A DNA stretch of 64,000 nt, from NCBI GenBank assembly GCA_951406725.2, contig OX597822.1, positions 94,178,001 through 94,242,000 on the forward strand, in the 5' to 3' direction. Made by a program: the position numbers and the translations under genes. Source of the stretch: Octopus vulgaris (Eukaryota). Below are positions 1-12,104 of the stretch, piece after piece. The notes beneath the pieces are model-generated. The model was not told the DNA's origin, ran no database searches, and was given only the letters and a program-made list of their open reading frames with translations. The first letter of the stretch is position 1; the number at the start of each line of letters is the position of its first letter.

Positions 1-93
1 AATTTTTTCATTCTTTAGTTTAATTATAATTTATATTTAAGTAAGGATCTAAATCAGTTAATCTAATTTCTAGTTAACATCAATAGTTAACAT

Positions 94-333
94 CAAAAAG
101 CACCAATCCAATGGTGGCCGTTGCCAGCCTCGCCTGGCACCTGTGCCGGTGGCACGTAAAAAGCACCCACTACACTCACGGAGTGGTTGGTGTTAGGAAG
201 GGCATCCAGCTGTAGAAACACTGCCAGATCAGACAGGAGCCTGGTGCAGCCTTTCTGGCTTCCCAGATCCCGGTCGAACCGTCCAACCCATGCTAGCATG
301 GAGAACGGACGTTAAACGATGATGATGATCATC
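94..333 (+). mobile_element. SINE/non-autonomous retroelement with (GAT)n tail (family D); further copies ~915-1140(-), 15447-15860(-), 37419-37700(-), 41546-41705(+), 45344-45622(-), 51399-51530(-)
   Basis: Recurrent motif ...ttaggaagggcatccagctgtagaaac...aacccatgctagcatggaaa.cggacgttaaacgatgatgat in many dispersed copies. Confidence 0.8.
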
Positions 334-1159
334 ATTAATGCTGAACCTTACAAACAAAATGACAAAAGACAGAAACACCTGGTCCCTAGCTATACTCAAG
401 AAGATCTGTCCCCCACAGCAGAAGTGTTAAGGCCGCATCCCCTGGTAAAGAGGATTGGCCTGCCTGAGCCCTGCATTGGTGCCATGTAAAAAGCACTCAT
501 GCCAGGGCCATGTTAAAAGCATTCAGCCATAGAAACCAAACCAAATGAGACTGGGACCTGGGGCTTGCCAGCACTGATCAAACCATCCAACCTACACCAT
601 TTAGAAAATAGATGTTAAAGGATGATGATGAATTGGCATTAACAAATTAAAACCAATCATTTAGAAAGATCATTACTCACTCAGATTTGTAGTAATACAA
701 TATTTTATAATTATGCTTAAATATCCATTGTCATTAGTTTCTTTTGTCTGTTTCTATAATTTACCTTATTCTTTGTTAATAATTGCCATAAATCAGCACC
801 TCACAATATCTAAATTAGGCCCTTCTTTTTCTGATAAGTTAATATTGAGGCAAAGTAGAGAAATGGTTCTTTAGCAGTTTGAATGATGTACTCAGTTGTT
901 CCATCTTCATTATCATCACCATCATCATCATCATCAACATTTAATGTCTGTTTTCCATGCTGGCACGGGTTGGTTGGCTTGGCAGGAACTTGCAAGATCA
1001 GGGGCTGCATCAAGTTCCATAGTCTGTTTTGACTTGGTTTCTACAGCTGGATGCCCTTCCCAATGCTATCCACTTCACAAAGTGTACTGGATGCTTTTTA
1101 CGTGGCACCATCACCAGTACTTTTTACATGCCACTAGCACCCACACCAATACTTTTTAC

Positions 1160-1620
1160 ATGACATCTTGGTTTTAGGATCCCAATTCTGTTGTGTTGGG
1201 TGGGTCTTCTTGAGTACAGCAATGTGCCATGTATCTCGGTCCTTTGTCATCTCCTTTGTAAGGCTCAACATTTTGAGATTGGCCTTCAATACTTTGACCC
1301 ATGTCCTCCTGGGTTTCCCTCTTCCATAACCTCCCTTTACTTTAAGCAGTTGACATTTCTTTATGCAACTGTCCTCATCCATCTACATCACATGACCAAA
1401 TCAGTGTAGTCTCCTCTCATCCACACAGCATATAATTCCTCCATTGCTCAGATTCTATCTTAAAACACCAGTGCTTTGTCGCACATGCACACAGACATTG
1501 CACATCCAACAGAACATACCAGCTTTGTTTCTCTCCAGCCTTTGCATGTCTTCCACATTCCAGGTCCACAATGCACTACCATACAGCATCACAGTTTGAT
1601 CAACTATATTACCAGCTCAT
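1160..1620 (-). mobile_element. RTE-clade LINE 3' fragment (decayed ORF2 C-terminus)
   Basis: Translation MDEDSCIKKCQLLKVKGGYGRGKPRRTW...MTKDRDTW resembles the RTE C-terminal GRP..TW / DR..WR motifs. Confidence 0.7.
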
Positions 1621-2187
1621 TGAATTAGGGTGTAAATGCCTTCTTCCTCTGTAATGAGAGTCCTGACTATCTGTACTAAACAGGTGGGCTCTTTGCCTCA
1701 TTTCAAAGAAAACTGACATGGAATTTTTGGTGCATATAGTTGAATACATGCTATTACCTGGAACTCACTTCCACTAAAAAAAAAGGCTAGTTACCTTTTC
1801 AAGTCATGTCTACTCGTAAGGGCCAATTTCCCGGTTTCCATGGTATATATATTTTCCACCAGGACAGGACACCAATCCATTGCAGGATTATTCATTTTTG
1901 CCCACTGAGTGGGCTGGAGCAATGTGAAATGAAGTGTTTTGCTTGAAAACACAATGCATTGCCTGGTCCAGAAATCGAAACCACAATCTTTACAATCACA
2001 AGTTCAACACCCTAACCACTAAGCCATGTGCCTCCATGCACTTCCACTGAACTTAACGGTCACAGTTTTTAAAACACATGTTTGCTCTCATAGGGAAACA
2101 TAGGAAGAGATTGGCTCTGATATAAAAAAAAGTTAGTATACCACAACAGCCAAAGGCACCTCATGTATGCTATATGTGTCTTCTTTA

Positions 2188-2419
2188 AGGTGGCGAGCTG
2201 GTAGAAACGTTAGCACGCCGGGCGAAATGCATAGCCGTATTTCGTCTGCTGCTACGTTCCGAGTTCAAATTCCTCCGAGGTCGACTTTGCCTTTCATCCT
2301 TTCGGGGTCGATAAATTAAATACCAGTTATGCACTGGGGTCGATGTAATCGACTTAATCCGTTTGTCTGTCCTTGTTTGTCCCCTCTGTGTTTAGCCCCT
2401 TGTGGGTAGTAAAGAAATA
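2188..2419 (+). mobile_element. tRNA-derived SINE family A; other copies 3096-3327(+), 6199-6425(-), 7128-7345(-), 24817-25049(+), 25983-26190(-), 38930-39149(+), 57903-58084(-)
   Basis: A-box/B-box-like head (tggcgagctgg...gagttcaaat); tail ...cccctctgtgtttagccccttgtgggtagtaaagaaat; 17-bp TSD TATATGTGTCTTCTTTA (2171-2187 / 2420-2436); the copy at 3096 has TSD TAATCCATTATTATTTAGA. Confidence 0.9.
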
Positions 2420-4698
2420 TATATGTGTCTTCTTTACTAAGTCTATAGAAATGTAATAGTAACGTACCTGAAAGAATGTATTTCTATCCAATGCTGTGAA
2501 GGCACATGGCCTAGTGGTTAAGATGTTTGGCTCATGATCATAAGGTCATAGGTTCAATTCTTGGATTAGGTGGCTTATTATGTCCTTGAACAAGGTATTT
2601 CACTTCATATTATTCCAGTCTGATCAGCTGTAAATACTAGCCAAGTAATGGTGTAGCCCCCACTTTCCCCTCCAGCTGTTATAACCTGAGTGTTCCACTT
2701 GCTCAAAGGTGAGGATGCCAATAGGGTGTCCACATCTGCTTGTGAATACATAGGAATGTAAAATAATTACCAGAAGCATGATGCATGTTACTAAAGCATA
2801 CTTGTTCATGAGTGATAGCTAGCTGTGATTCTTTTACTGTATAACGTTTTAGAACTGAATTTATTTTTAAAAACCTCTACACTTGTGGATGATGACTTGT
2901 GAGTTGAGCTGACGTTGACTTGTGGTTTTATTGAATGTCTGTGCATGTGAGAAAGAGAGAAAGGAGGAAAGAATAGGTGAGAGAGAAAGAAAGATAGGGA
3001 GTAAGAGGGAAAGAATGAGAGAGTGTGAGGGAAAGAGACAGAAAGAGAAGGATAAATGCCAGTATGTCATAGTTGTTAATCCATTATTATTTAGAAGGTG
3101 GCGAGCTGGCTGAAATGTTAGCACGCCGGGCGAAATGCTTTGCGGTATTTCGTCTGGCATTACGTTCTGAGTTCAAATTCCACCGAGGTTGACTTTACCT
3201 TTCATCCTTTCAGGGTTGATAAATTAAGTACCAGTTACACACTGGGATCGATGTAATCGACTTAATACCTTTGTCTGTCCTTGTCTGTCCTCTCTGTGTT
3301 TAGTCCCTTGTGGGTAATAAAGAAATATAATCCATTATTATTTAGATTACTTTGTCAAATGTAATATTTATTTACATTTTATAAAATTAATCTTGTATTA
3401 TCTCATAGCTTTGAGATTTTGAAGATGTGGTTGTTTGTTTTTAGAATGACACCACAGGGTAGCTGTGAGAGGCTGGATCTGGCCAGTTTGAACATAAAAC
3501 TGGTAGAATATTTGGGTTGGATATTCCTGGATTAAATCCTAAAGAGTTAAACCTCAGGCAAGCTGGTAGAATCATTAATATGTTGGACTGGTTACTTAGC
3601 ATTTCTCCCATCTCTTCACATTCTGGGTTCAATTTCTGCTGAGGTCAACTTTGCCTTTCAAAGTTGATAATATAAATATCATTTGAGCATGTGTGTGTGT
3701 GTGTGTGTGATGTAATTGGCTAACTCCATTCTTTTAAAATTGCTGGCCTTGTGGTAAATATGAAATGATAGTTAAGAATGTTGCAAGCAAACAGCAATCT
3801 CTTTATCAGAATATAAGTTTCTATCTAGTTTCATGTTATTGTCTTTTTCCTCTTCTCTTTCTACAGGTTGAGAATTACTATGCGAATAGTTTCTTTAACA
3901 AACGCCGACAAAAAAATGTTCAAGACAAAAATGAGTCAAAAAAACCCTGAATTTTCCTTCCTTCTTTGTGTTTCATCACATTCAGAATAAAGAGTTGATT
4001 AAAAGAATGTTTTATATCTAGTTTCCATTCATTTATATGAACACTGTTGTCTGTACACAAATTCACACGAAAAAATATCTGCATTTGTTTTGTAATAAAA
4101 TTTTGTTTACAATAAAAGGCGTCGGAGTGGCTGTGTGGTAAGTAGCTTGCTTACTAACCACATGGTTCCGGGTTCAGTCCCACTGCGTGGCACCTTGGGC
4201 AAGTGTCTTCTACTATAGCCTCGGGCTGACCAAAGCCTTGTGAGTAGATTTGGTAGACGGAAACTGAAAGAAGCCCGTTGTATATATGTATATACCCTGA
4301 TATATGGAAGCACGTCTTAATGTATTCTGAAGAAAAGTTACTCCTTTGATCCAGCTACCTGATGTCCTATTGCTTTCGCTTTATTTCCTAACTCACTACC
4401 AGTACGGCTTTTGCGGGATCAGGTCCTCTGGAGTTCCACTCTATTATGTCACTCACCTGTGGGTATTTGCCTGAGTATAGACAGGTGAAATCTGTGTTGA
4501 TACCCTTTACATGTCCTATAAAAGATAACCATGCAATACTTTTGTTTTACGTAACTCCAAAATTAAAATTTTCATGTAAAAAATATGCTCTAGTTTAACC
4601 CTTTTGAACTCACGAGTACACATTAGTAGGTGCAATTTCGTTTGAGTACATCCATTGAAGATACAAAAGCGAACAGCAACGTGGTTTTGTGTTTGGAT

Positions 4699-5080
4699 GG
4701 AAGCACTCCGTCGGTTACGACGACGAGGGTTCCGGTTGATCTGAATCAATGGAACAGCCTGCTCGTGAAATTAACGTGTAAGTGGCTGAGCACTCCACAG
4801 ACACGTGTACCCTTAACGTAGTTCTCGGGGCTATTCAGCGTGACACAGAGAGTGACAAGGCCGGCTCTTTGAAATACAGGCACAACAGAAACAGGAAGTA
4901 AGAGTGAGAGAAAGTTGTGGTGAAAGAGTACAGCAGGGATCACCACCATCCCCTGCTGGAACCTCGTGGAGCTTTAGGTGTTTTCGCTCAATAAGCACTC
5001 ACAACGCCCGGTCTGGGAATCGAAACCGCGATCCTATGACCACGAGTCCGCTGCCCTAACCACTGGGCCATTGCGCCTCC
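4699..5080 (-). mobile_element. tRNA-derived SINE family C; related copies 1790-2037(-), 7729-8053(-), 47659-48045(+), 59685-59978(-), 63660-63948(-)
   Basis: tRNA-like head ggaggcgcaatggcccagtggttagggcagcggactc...ggtttcgattccc; shared body; the copy at 7729 is flanked by TSD TTATGGCAGAAT. Confidence 0.85.
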
Positions 5081-5416
5081 TTTTGTGTTTACAGAATACT
5101 GAATAACAGAAACATCTTTTTATTTAACCGTAAACACAAATCCTTATGACCACTAGATTTTATGTCTTGCAGGGAGTTTAGTCAAACGAAATCACGCTGG
5201 CTAATGTGTACTCTCAGATTCAAAAGGTGAAAAGATTTCAGCCGCCCTCCCCCCATTTTCTCCCAAATTTGTTTATTTAAAAAAAATTTTTTTGCCAAAA
5301 ATCCCCTTTTTCGGATACAGAGGTTCCGGAAAATTGCCAAAAATTGGCATTGTGAAAATTCTTCCTCTTTTCTCCGCCCCAACTTCTTCAATTTTGACTT
5401 TTTTCTGCAAAATCTT

Positions 5417-5490
5417 AGCCCTAACACTAACCCTAAAACCCTAACCCTAACCCTAAAACCCTAACCTTAACCCTAAAACCGTAACCGTAA
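5417..5490. repeat. Short degenerate telomere-like (CCCTAA/CCCTAAAA) tract inside a putative MITE
   Basis: ccctaacactaaccctaaaaccctaaccctaaccctaaaaccctaaccttaaccctaaaaccgtaaccgtaa. Confidence 0.7.
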
Positions 5491-6811
5491 GTACAGATAT
5501 GTTTTGAAATTTTTGTCCGAATCCTGATGTCCGTATTTTTCCGCATATTTAGAAAAGAAAAAATTCTTAAAAACAAATTTTACAAAGATTTTTGGAAATT
5601 TTTTTCAGAATCATAATCTCCGTATTTTCCCGCATATTTTGAGAGAAAAAAATTCTGAAAAAAGTTTAAAATGAAAGAAATGGGGGTGGGGTTGGGGTAA
5701 TTTAGAAATGTCGATTTTTGTCAATTTTTTTTGCAGATTTGTATTTCCCGTAGCTGAAAATGGGGGCTTGTATCGAAAAAAAAAAGTAAAAAAAATAGGG
5801 TGGGTTGTTTTTTTTTTGGAGGGGGGGGGCCCAAATAGTTAATTGCCCAAATGGTTAATTACTAAATTTAGTATGAGCCTTCAAATCACTTGAACTTCTG
5901 AGATATGATAATTAGTTATCACTAATATAAGTTATTTCTAAATACTGTTTCTTTATTCCTAAATTACTAAATCTTAATCTTCCTTCACAAGTCGGGCGCA
6001 TCCAAGAATCCATTACAAATGGTCTCAAAATGCCTCTCAAAATGTTGAATTTAAAAGTTTTCGTAGGGAGAAGGGAAATGTAGGAGTTTACTGCACTCCA
6101 CTGATACCCACCCCGTTATCCTATGCCATTCGAATGGGTACGATAATATCAATTTTCACCTCACTCTTTAAAAAGTTGTATCGGATAACCTACCAACCTA
6201 TTTTTTTACTACCCACAAGGGGCTAAACACAGAGAGGACAAACAAGGACAGACAAACGGATTAAGTCGATTATATCGACTCCAGTGCGTAACTGCTACTT
6301 ATTTAATCAACCCTGAAAGGATGAAAGGCAAAGTTGACCTCGGCGGAATTTGAACTCAGAACGTAACGGCAGACGAAATACTGCTAAGCATTTCGCCCGG
6401 CGTGCTAACGTTTCTGCCAGCTCGCTAACTACCTACCTACCTACATACATGCAAACATACATATGTATGTATGTGTGAGTGAGTGAGAGAGAGGGAGAGA
6501 GAGAGAGAGAGAGAAGCTGCGTAGGCATTGCGACATGGTCATGAAGCTTATTTCCCAACCATGTGGTTTCAGGTTCATTCCCATTGCGCAGCACCTTGAG
6601 CAAATGCTTACTATTGTAGCCTTGGGCGGACCGAAGCTTTTCGGTTGTCAGGAAGGTGCATATGTGTGTCATTCCACCACCACTTGACAACCGGTGTTGG
6701 TTTGTTTAGTCCCCGTAACTTCGGGATTCAGCACAAAGAGTTCGATAGAATAAGTACAGGACTTAAAAAACAAAAATACTGGGATCAATATGTTCAAATA
6801 AATCCTTCAAG

Positions 6812-7127
6812 GGTACTACTAGCGAACAGTGGTCCCGATGCGCGCACACGCACAGTCGCGCATCCGCGCTAGCTAGTCTTTAGTAGTCGATCCTACAACG
6901 ACTACCTAGCAAAGTAAATAAAACACAATCTCAATAATTTTTTTTACATAAAGTAAATAAATTTTGTTAAACAAAGTAAATAAAACACAAAAACACAAAT
7001 TAAATAATTTTTTAAACAAAGTAAATACTCAAAAACACAAAGTAAGGATCGGCTAGTCATGATTAGCTGGCGTGGATGCGCGACTGCGTGTGTGCGCGCG
7101 CCGGGACCACTGTTCGCTAGTAGTACC
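6812..7127. mobile_element. MITE with long GC-rich TIRs (GG...CC ends, Merlin-like); second copy 9522-9798
   Basis: TIR GGTACTACTAGCGAACAGTGGTCCCG.../...CGGGACCACTGTTCGCTAGTAGTACC; second copy has a degenerate 9-bp TSD (TAAAATCGT/TAAGATCAT). Confidence 0.8.
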
Positions 7128-7521
7128 TGTTTCTTTATTACCCACAATGGGCCAAACATAGAGGGGACAGATAAAGGGAATAAATCGATTACATCGACTC
7201 CAGTTCGTAACTGGTACTTAATTTATCGACCCCGAGAGGATGAAAGGCAAAGTCGACCTCGGCGGAATTTGAACTCAGAACGTAACGGCAGACGAAATAC
7301 GGCTACGCATTTCGCCCGGCGTGCTAACGTTTCTGCCAGCTCGCTCCGGCGTAACTTCGGTATAAGTACCGGAAGTACTGGATACATTTCAAGAAAGTGT
7401 TTTTTTATATATATATATATAGGGTGTTAGGGTTAGGAGAAAAAGGGTTTCTGTTATCTTCAGAAATGTAAACAGAGCCATTTCCGGTACTTATGGTACT
7501 TATACCGAAGGATCGCCAGTA

Positions 7522-8087
7522 CCTCCTTTAGCATTTAAACCGGCCATATCCGGCCAAAAGTATTCTGTTTGTTTTATGTTCAAACTGGCCATATCTGGTC
7601 TCTCACACAAGCCCCACAATATCGTTTTAAAAATTAACAGCTACCTCATCAAATTCTCATAGCTACAAGATAATGCATGATTAGTTCAAAACAATGTGGA
7701 TAAAAAAAGCATTAATTATGGCAGAATTAAAAGACTCCGCCGGTTACGACGACGAGGGTCCCAGCTGATACGATCAACGGAACAGCTTGCTCGTGAAATT
7801 AACGTGCAAATGGCTGAGCATTCCACAGACACGTGTACCCTTAACATAGTTCTCGGGGATAATCAGCGTGACACAGAGAGTGATAAGGCTGACCCTTTGA
7901 AATACAAGTACAACTCATTTTTGCCAGCTGAGTGGACTGGAGCAACGTGAAATAAAGTGTCTTGCTCAAGGACACAACGCGTCGCCGGGAATCGAACTCA
8001 CAACCTTACGATCATGAGCTGAATGCCCTAACCACTAAGCCACGCGCCCTCACTTATGGCAGAATAATGTGAACACTAAAGGGTTAA
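7522..8087. mobile_element. piggyBac-type MITE (family P) carrying a nested SINE; related copies ~3340-3550, 17365-18560, 18884-22450
   Basis: Termini cc(c)tttagcatt.../...ctaaaggg|TTAA; shared internal sequence (catgcattatctcatagct, gattgtttatttttagaat). Confidence 0.7.
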
Positions 8088-8328
8088 GACGGTGCTCCAG
8101 CCCGGCTGTAGTCCAATAATTGAAACAAATACAAATAAAAAAAAGAGAAAAATTTATTTCTTTGTTATTGCTCTAAAAAATAAGCAATGAGAGTTCTCTC
8201 CCTTCTGCTTGTGCTCCAGAACAGGAGATGTAAATAAACTAGTTTCAACTTGGATTGTGTTCGCTTCTTTATGTCGCTCTGCCTTTGAAATGTTCTCTTT
8301 TGCTATGAATCGTTGATTCTAGTTCCAC

Positions 8329-9158
8329 ATGAATAGCGGAGACGTTACAATGTCAGCGGCAACACGATTTAAAAAGCGTTGTGAGAATTATTCGAGGAAA
8401 GACAAAGAAAAACTCCTCGAACTCGTGACGAAGAGAGTGGATATTTTGGAAAGTAAAGTTTCTAATTCCAACATGAATCTGCAGAAAGCCATGTGTTGGG
8501 TGGATATTGCCAAAGAATTCAACGAAGGATCTTCGGAAATTCGAGACGACAGGCAACTGAAGGAGCTGTGGAAACGTATGAAGTATAATTCTCGGATGGA
8601 TTTATTGCGATTCATGGAAAAAAGAAATAATTTGCGACCTGGAGATAAACCTTTGGATAGTTTAGATGAGTTTACGCTTATTTTAGTACGTTTGATACCG
8701 GATTACTTCCAAATGGACAGCGATCCGAAAGTTCGCCTCCAATGTAGGGAATTACTGTTGATTGATCCGAAGTTGTTTGAGCTTCGAGTCAACAAAATTC
8801 ACGAAATTCTCAATGAATCAGATACAAACGGATCGATAAATAATAGTAATAGTAATATCACCACAACTACCACCGCCGCCACCACCACCACCACCACTAA
8901 CAATAACAATATTAATAATAATAATATTAACTTTAACAATAACAACAGTAACGATAACAGCGTTAATTTTCAGAGAATAAATGAAAATAGTTCTGACGAG
9001 GATTTAAAAGTTTTTAGTAATTTGCAACACCAAGCTCTACATTCTTTAGTTGACGGGTCCATGGATGGAAGTTCTCAAGATCAGCAGCAAAACTTTATTT
9101 CGGATACAAATATATATGTTAGCTCCGGTCTCAGCAATGATACTACCATCAATAAACG
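8329..9158 (+). CDS. Myb/SANT-like DNA-binding domain protein (MSANTD3/Myb_DNA-bind_5-like), coding exon 1
   Basis: ATG ORF with N-terminal motif R..NYS..DKEKLLELV....DILESK......QKAMCWVDIAKEFN.....RD..QLKELWKRMK, typical of Myb/SANT-like (Harbinger-related) domains; then an Asn/Thr low-complexity linker; candidate donor CG|GTATAT at 9158/9159 (phase 2). Confidence 0.85.
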
Positions 9159-10208
9159 GTATATATCTGGGGTTTTTTTCTCTTTATTTACATATAATAT
9201 TTCTTTTTTAGTGTTCATATATAGACTCATAAGTTCATAGTCGTCGGTGCTTTGTGTCAACTGCGGCAGGTCTCTTACCTGACCCATGAAAATGTTGCAA
9301 ATTCAGGCTTTTATGGGCTGCCGGGTTCGATCCTGTAACCTTTTTGTTCGTTTTTCTTTCCTTGATTTAGTTTTATTTAAAAAAAAAGTTCTAGTTAAAG
9401 GAAAATTGAATCGGTATATAAAATACTTTTTAAGTAAATTTTTAACATTTGAATCATTCGAACACGTGTAATATTTTTGTCTTTTGTTTGCCCTGTAGTG
9501 TCCCATTCTATATAAAATCGTGGTACTACTAGCGAAGCGAACAGTGGTCCCGGTGCGCGCACACGCAGTCACGCATCCGCGCTAGCTAGTCGTAAGTAGT
9601 CGATCCTACAACGACTACCTAGCAAAGTAAATAAAACACAAAATAAATAATTTTTTTTACACAAATTAAATAATTTTTGTTAAACAAAGTAATTAAAATA
9701 CAAAATCACAAAGTAAGGATCGACTAGTCATGACTAGCTGGCGCGGATGCGCGAGTACGCGAGGGCGCGCACCGGGACCACTGTTTGCCTGTAGTACCTA
9801 AGATCATCATGATCGTAATAAAGATACCATTTTGGACTCGGCATATATTCGTCTTTTTGTAAAAAGGAATAATACGCAAGTGAAAAAAGAAAAAGGAAGT
9901 AATCTTTGATTATAGCGTACCACTTTCACGTCAACCTGTAGTTTGATAACTGTTTGGCAGCCGCAGAAGTATACATACGTAAAGAATTGTCTGTTGTTTC
10001 CGTGTTCAGTTGTGTTGTTTTCAATAGGATATGTGGTAGCAGTTAATCATTTAACGTGGATTTAATTAACCCAGTCACAACTTCAACATTTTCATGCTTT
10101 TTTTTTTTAATGGACTTAATGTTATTAATTAGTTTGAACGTAAGAAATTCACGCATTGCCAAAAGCAAAATAAAAAGCAGCTGAAATACAAATAAAAAAA
10201 ATAATTTC

Positions 10209-10619
10209 GGATCTTTTCGGTTTGACCGGCAGTTTTTTAAAATAATTTCCACGTAACTAAACACTTCTAAACTTCGTATACTGGTAGAATGTGTTTATAA
10301 AACATCTTTTTCTCTTGGCTTTATTGAGAAAATTCTATAGTTTATAAGATATTTGTTGTTTTTTTTCTTCAGTTTCTGCAATTTCAACCAATCAATGACG
10401 TCTATTGAGGTGAAAACATTCTGTGCCGTATGAATATGTCCCTCGTTTAAGAAACAGATTGGGTTTATTTACATTTGTGAAGAAAAAAAGATACCCTTCT
10501 CCCCACCCCTAACCCTAAAACAGATTGAAATGCAATAGATCGATACTAGGGTCATAATTATGGGTGACAATTTCATATGACACTGCTAGAAAAAACTGCC
10601 GTTCAAACCGATAAGATCC
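10209..10619. mobile_element. Merlin-like MITE (family M); partial copy 26449-26850
   Basis: TIR GGATCTTTTCGGTTTGA.CGGCAGTTTT; 8-bp TSD with one mismatch (ATAATTTC/GTAATTTC); internal ccctaaccctaa; lies in the Myb gene intron. Confidence 0.8.
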
Positions 10620-10882
10620 GTAATTTCCCTTTTAATTAAGAAATAGGTTTAGGTTATGGGATTTTTTCATTCTTTTTGTTTTTTGCACCTGCCTTTATTC
10701 CGTATATAAATATATTTCGTTAAGCAAAATATCTACCTACCTACCATCCCACCCACAAACACTAACACAAATACTGCAGTTGTAAGTTCTCTAGTTAGTT
10801 TCTGTGATAAGAAGCTTACTTCCCAACCACATGGATCTGGGTTTAATCCCATTCTGTGGCACTTTGGAAAAGTGTTTTCTAC

Positions 10883-11270
10883 AGAGTGGCTGTGTGGTAA
10901 GTAGCTTGCTTACCAACCACATGGTTCCGGGTTCATTCCCACTGTGTGGCACCTTGGGCAAGTGCTTTCTATTATAGCCTCGGGCCGACTTGTGAGTGGA
11001 TTTGATAGACGGAAACTGAAAGAAGCCTGTCGTATATATGTATATATATATGTATGTGTGTGTGTGTTTATGTGTTTGTGTTTGTCCCCCCAACATCACT
11101 TGACAACCGATGCTGGTGTGTTTACATCCCCGTAACTTAGCGGTTCGGCAAAAGAGACCGATAGAATAAGTACTCGACTTATGAAAAGTAAGTCCTGGGG
11201 TCGATTTGCTCGACTAAAGGTGGTGCTCCAGCATGGCCACAGTCAAATGACTGAAACAAGTAAACGAGTA
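10883..11270 (+). mobile_element. tRNA-derived SINE family B; other copies 4117-4290(+), 23280-23681(-), 24036-24438(-), 51542-51965(+), 53180-53596(-), 54537-54950(-)
   Basis: Head ggagtggctgtgtggtaagtagcttgc...ggttccgggttcagtccc; central gcaccttgggcaagtg; internal (TA)n(TG)n; tail ...gactgaaacaagtaaaagagta. Confidence 0.9.
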
Positions 11271-11329
11271 TATCCTTGGGATACTATATATATATTATCT
11301 TTTATGGGTTTCAGCACCACCTTTACTCT

Positions 11330-11660
11330 ATCCGGGGATTTTTCCAGTATTGCTTCTGGTGAAGTTGCAACTTGGACGTTGCCACTCTTCTTTGTGCCTT
11401 TTACCGCGATGTGGATTCATTCGGTATTGCAGATAAAAAAAACTGTCTTGACGTTTCTTGAAGACTTCCATGTCTTGCAGATCCCTGATGTTCTGTGGTA
11501 GGGCGTTAAAACGTTGTGTTCCCTTGAATCCCAAGCTACTACAATATTGAGTTTGTATCCTCGCTGGAGAAGATGGGACCTTTGGTACTGTGCAGTGCCG
11601 TCCAGTTAGGGGATTGTTGTAGCTTTCGATTCCAAAATTTGGAGCTAGACCCTCCATTAT
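11330..11660 (-). mobile_element. CR1-like LINE 3' fragment; a similar remnant at ~43692-43920(-)
   Basis: Translation EGLAPNFGIESY...GRHC...SLGFKGTQRFNALPQNIRD; the 43.8 kb piece reads [15 protein letters not shown]...ADSNSIIHQ, a CR1-like ORF2 C-terminus. Confidence 0.55.
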
Positions 11661-11779
11661 TTTCCATTTGTCTGATCTTCTAGTTATGTCATGAATCTAA
11701 GACCAGTTCTGAATACGATACCTTCCTACTCATGTTTTTTTTTTCCTTCTTTTTTTAACCATTTTTCTTTATTATTCAG

Positions 11780-12104
11780 GGCTGATTCTTGCAACCCATG
11801 TAACAATTCTTCAGGAGCTAAAGACTTTGAAAATTTTAGGAAGAGGAAAATTCCACTTTACCGAAGTCTATTAGAAGAAGAAAATAATGAAGATATCAAG
11901 AGACAGCTTTTAGAAATGGCACAGAAAGAGAATGAGAAAGAACTACTGCTTCTTGACATTCAAGTTGAATGTGAAAAACAACGATTGATAAAAGAAAAAA
12001 TTGAGGCTGAAAATGCAGAACTAAAACAGCGAATGTTGCTCCAAATATTAGAGAATCAGACAAACCAAAGGAACTCCTACCCACCTTTGATGTTCCATTT
12101 ATGA
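11780..12104 (+). CDS. Myb/SANT-like protein, coding exon 2 (C-terminal coiled coil)
   Basis: Polypyrimidine tract + TTCAG acceptor at 11779/11780; phase matches the exon-1 donor (CG+G = Arg, ...TTINK-R-ADSCNPC...); encodes coiled coil LLEMAQKENEKELLLLDIQVECEKQRLIKEKIEAENAELKQ; stop TGA 12102-12104; spliced CDS 1155 nt = 384 aa. Confidence 0.75.

Noticed and set aside
2188-2280. tRNA genes at SINE heads (also ~5000-5080, 47659-47735)
   Set aside because: Continue into SINE bodies and tails with TSDs; no clean cloverleaf with acceptor stem and terminator
5417-5490. True telomere or chromosome-fusion site
   Set aside because: Short and degenerate; similar CCCTAA motifs occur inside MITEs at ~10508 and ~63100
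9159-9240. Single-exon 303-aa version of the Myb ORF
   Set aside because: The tail after INKR is T-rich and intron-like; a phase-compatible donor/acceptor pair links to a coiled-coil exon instead
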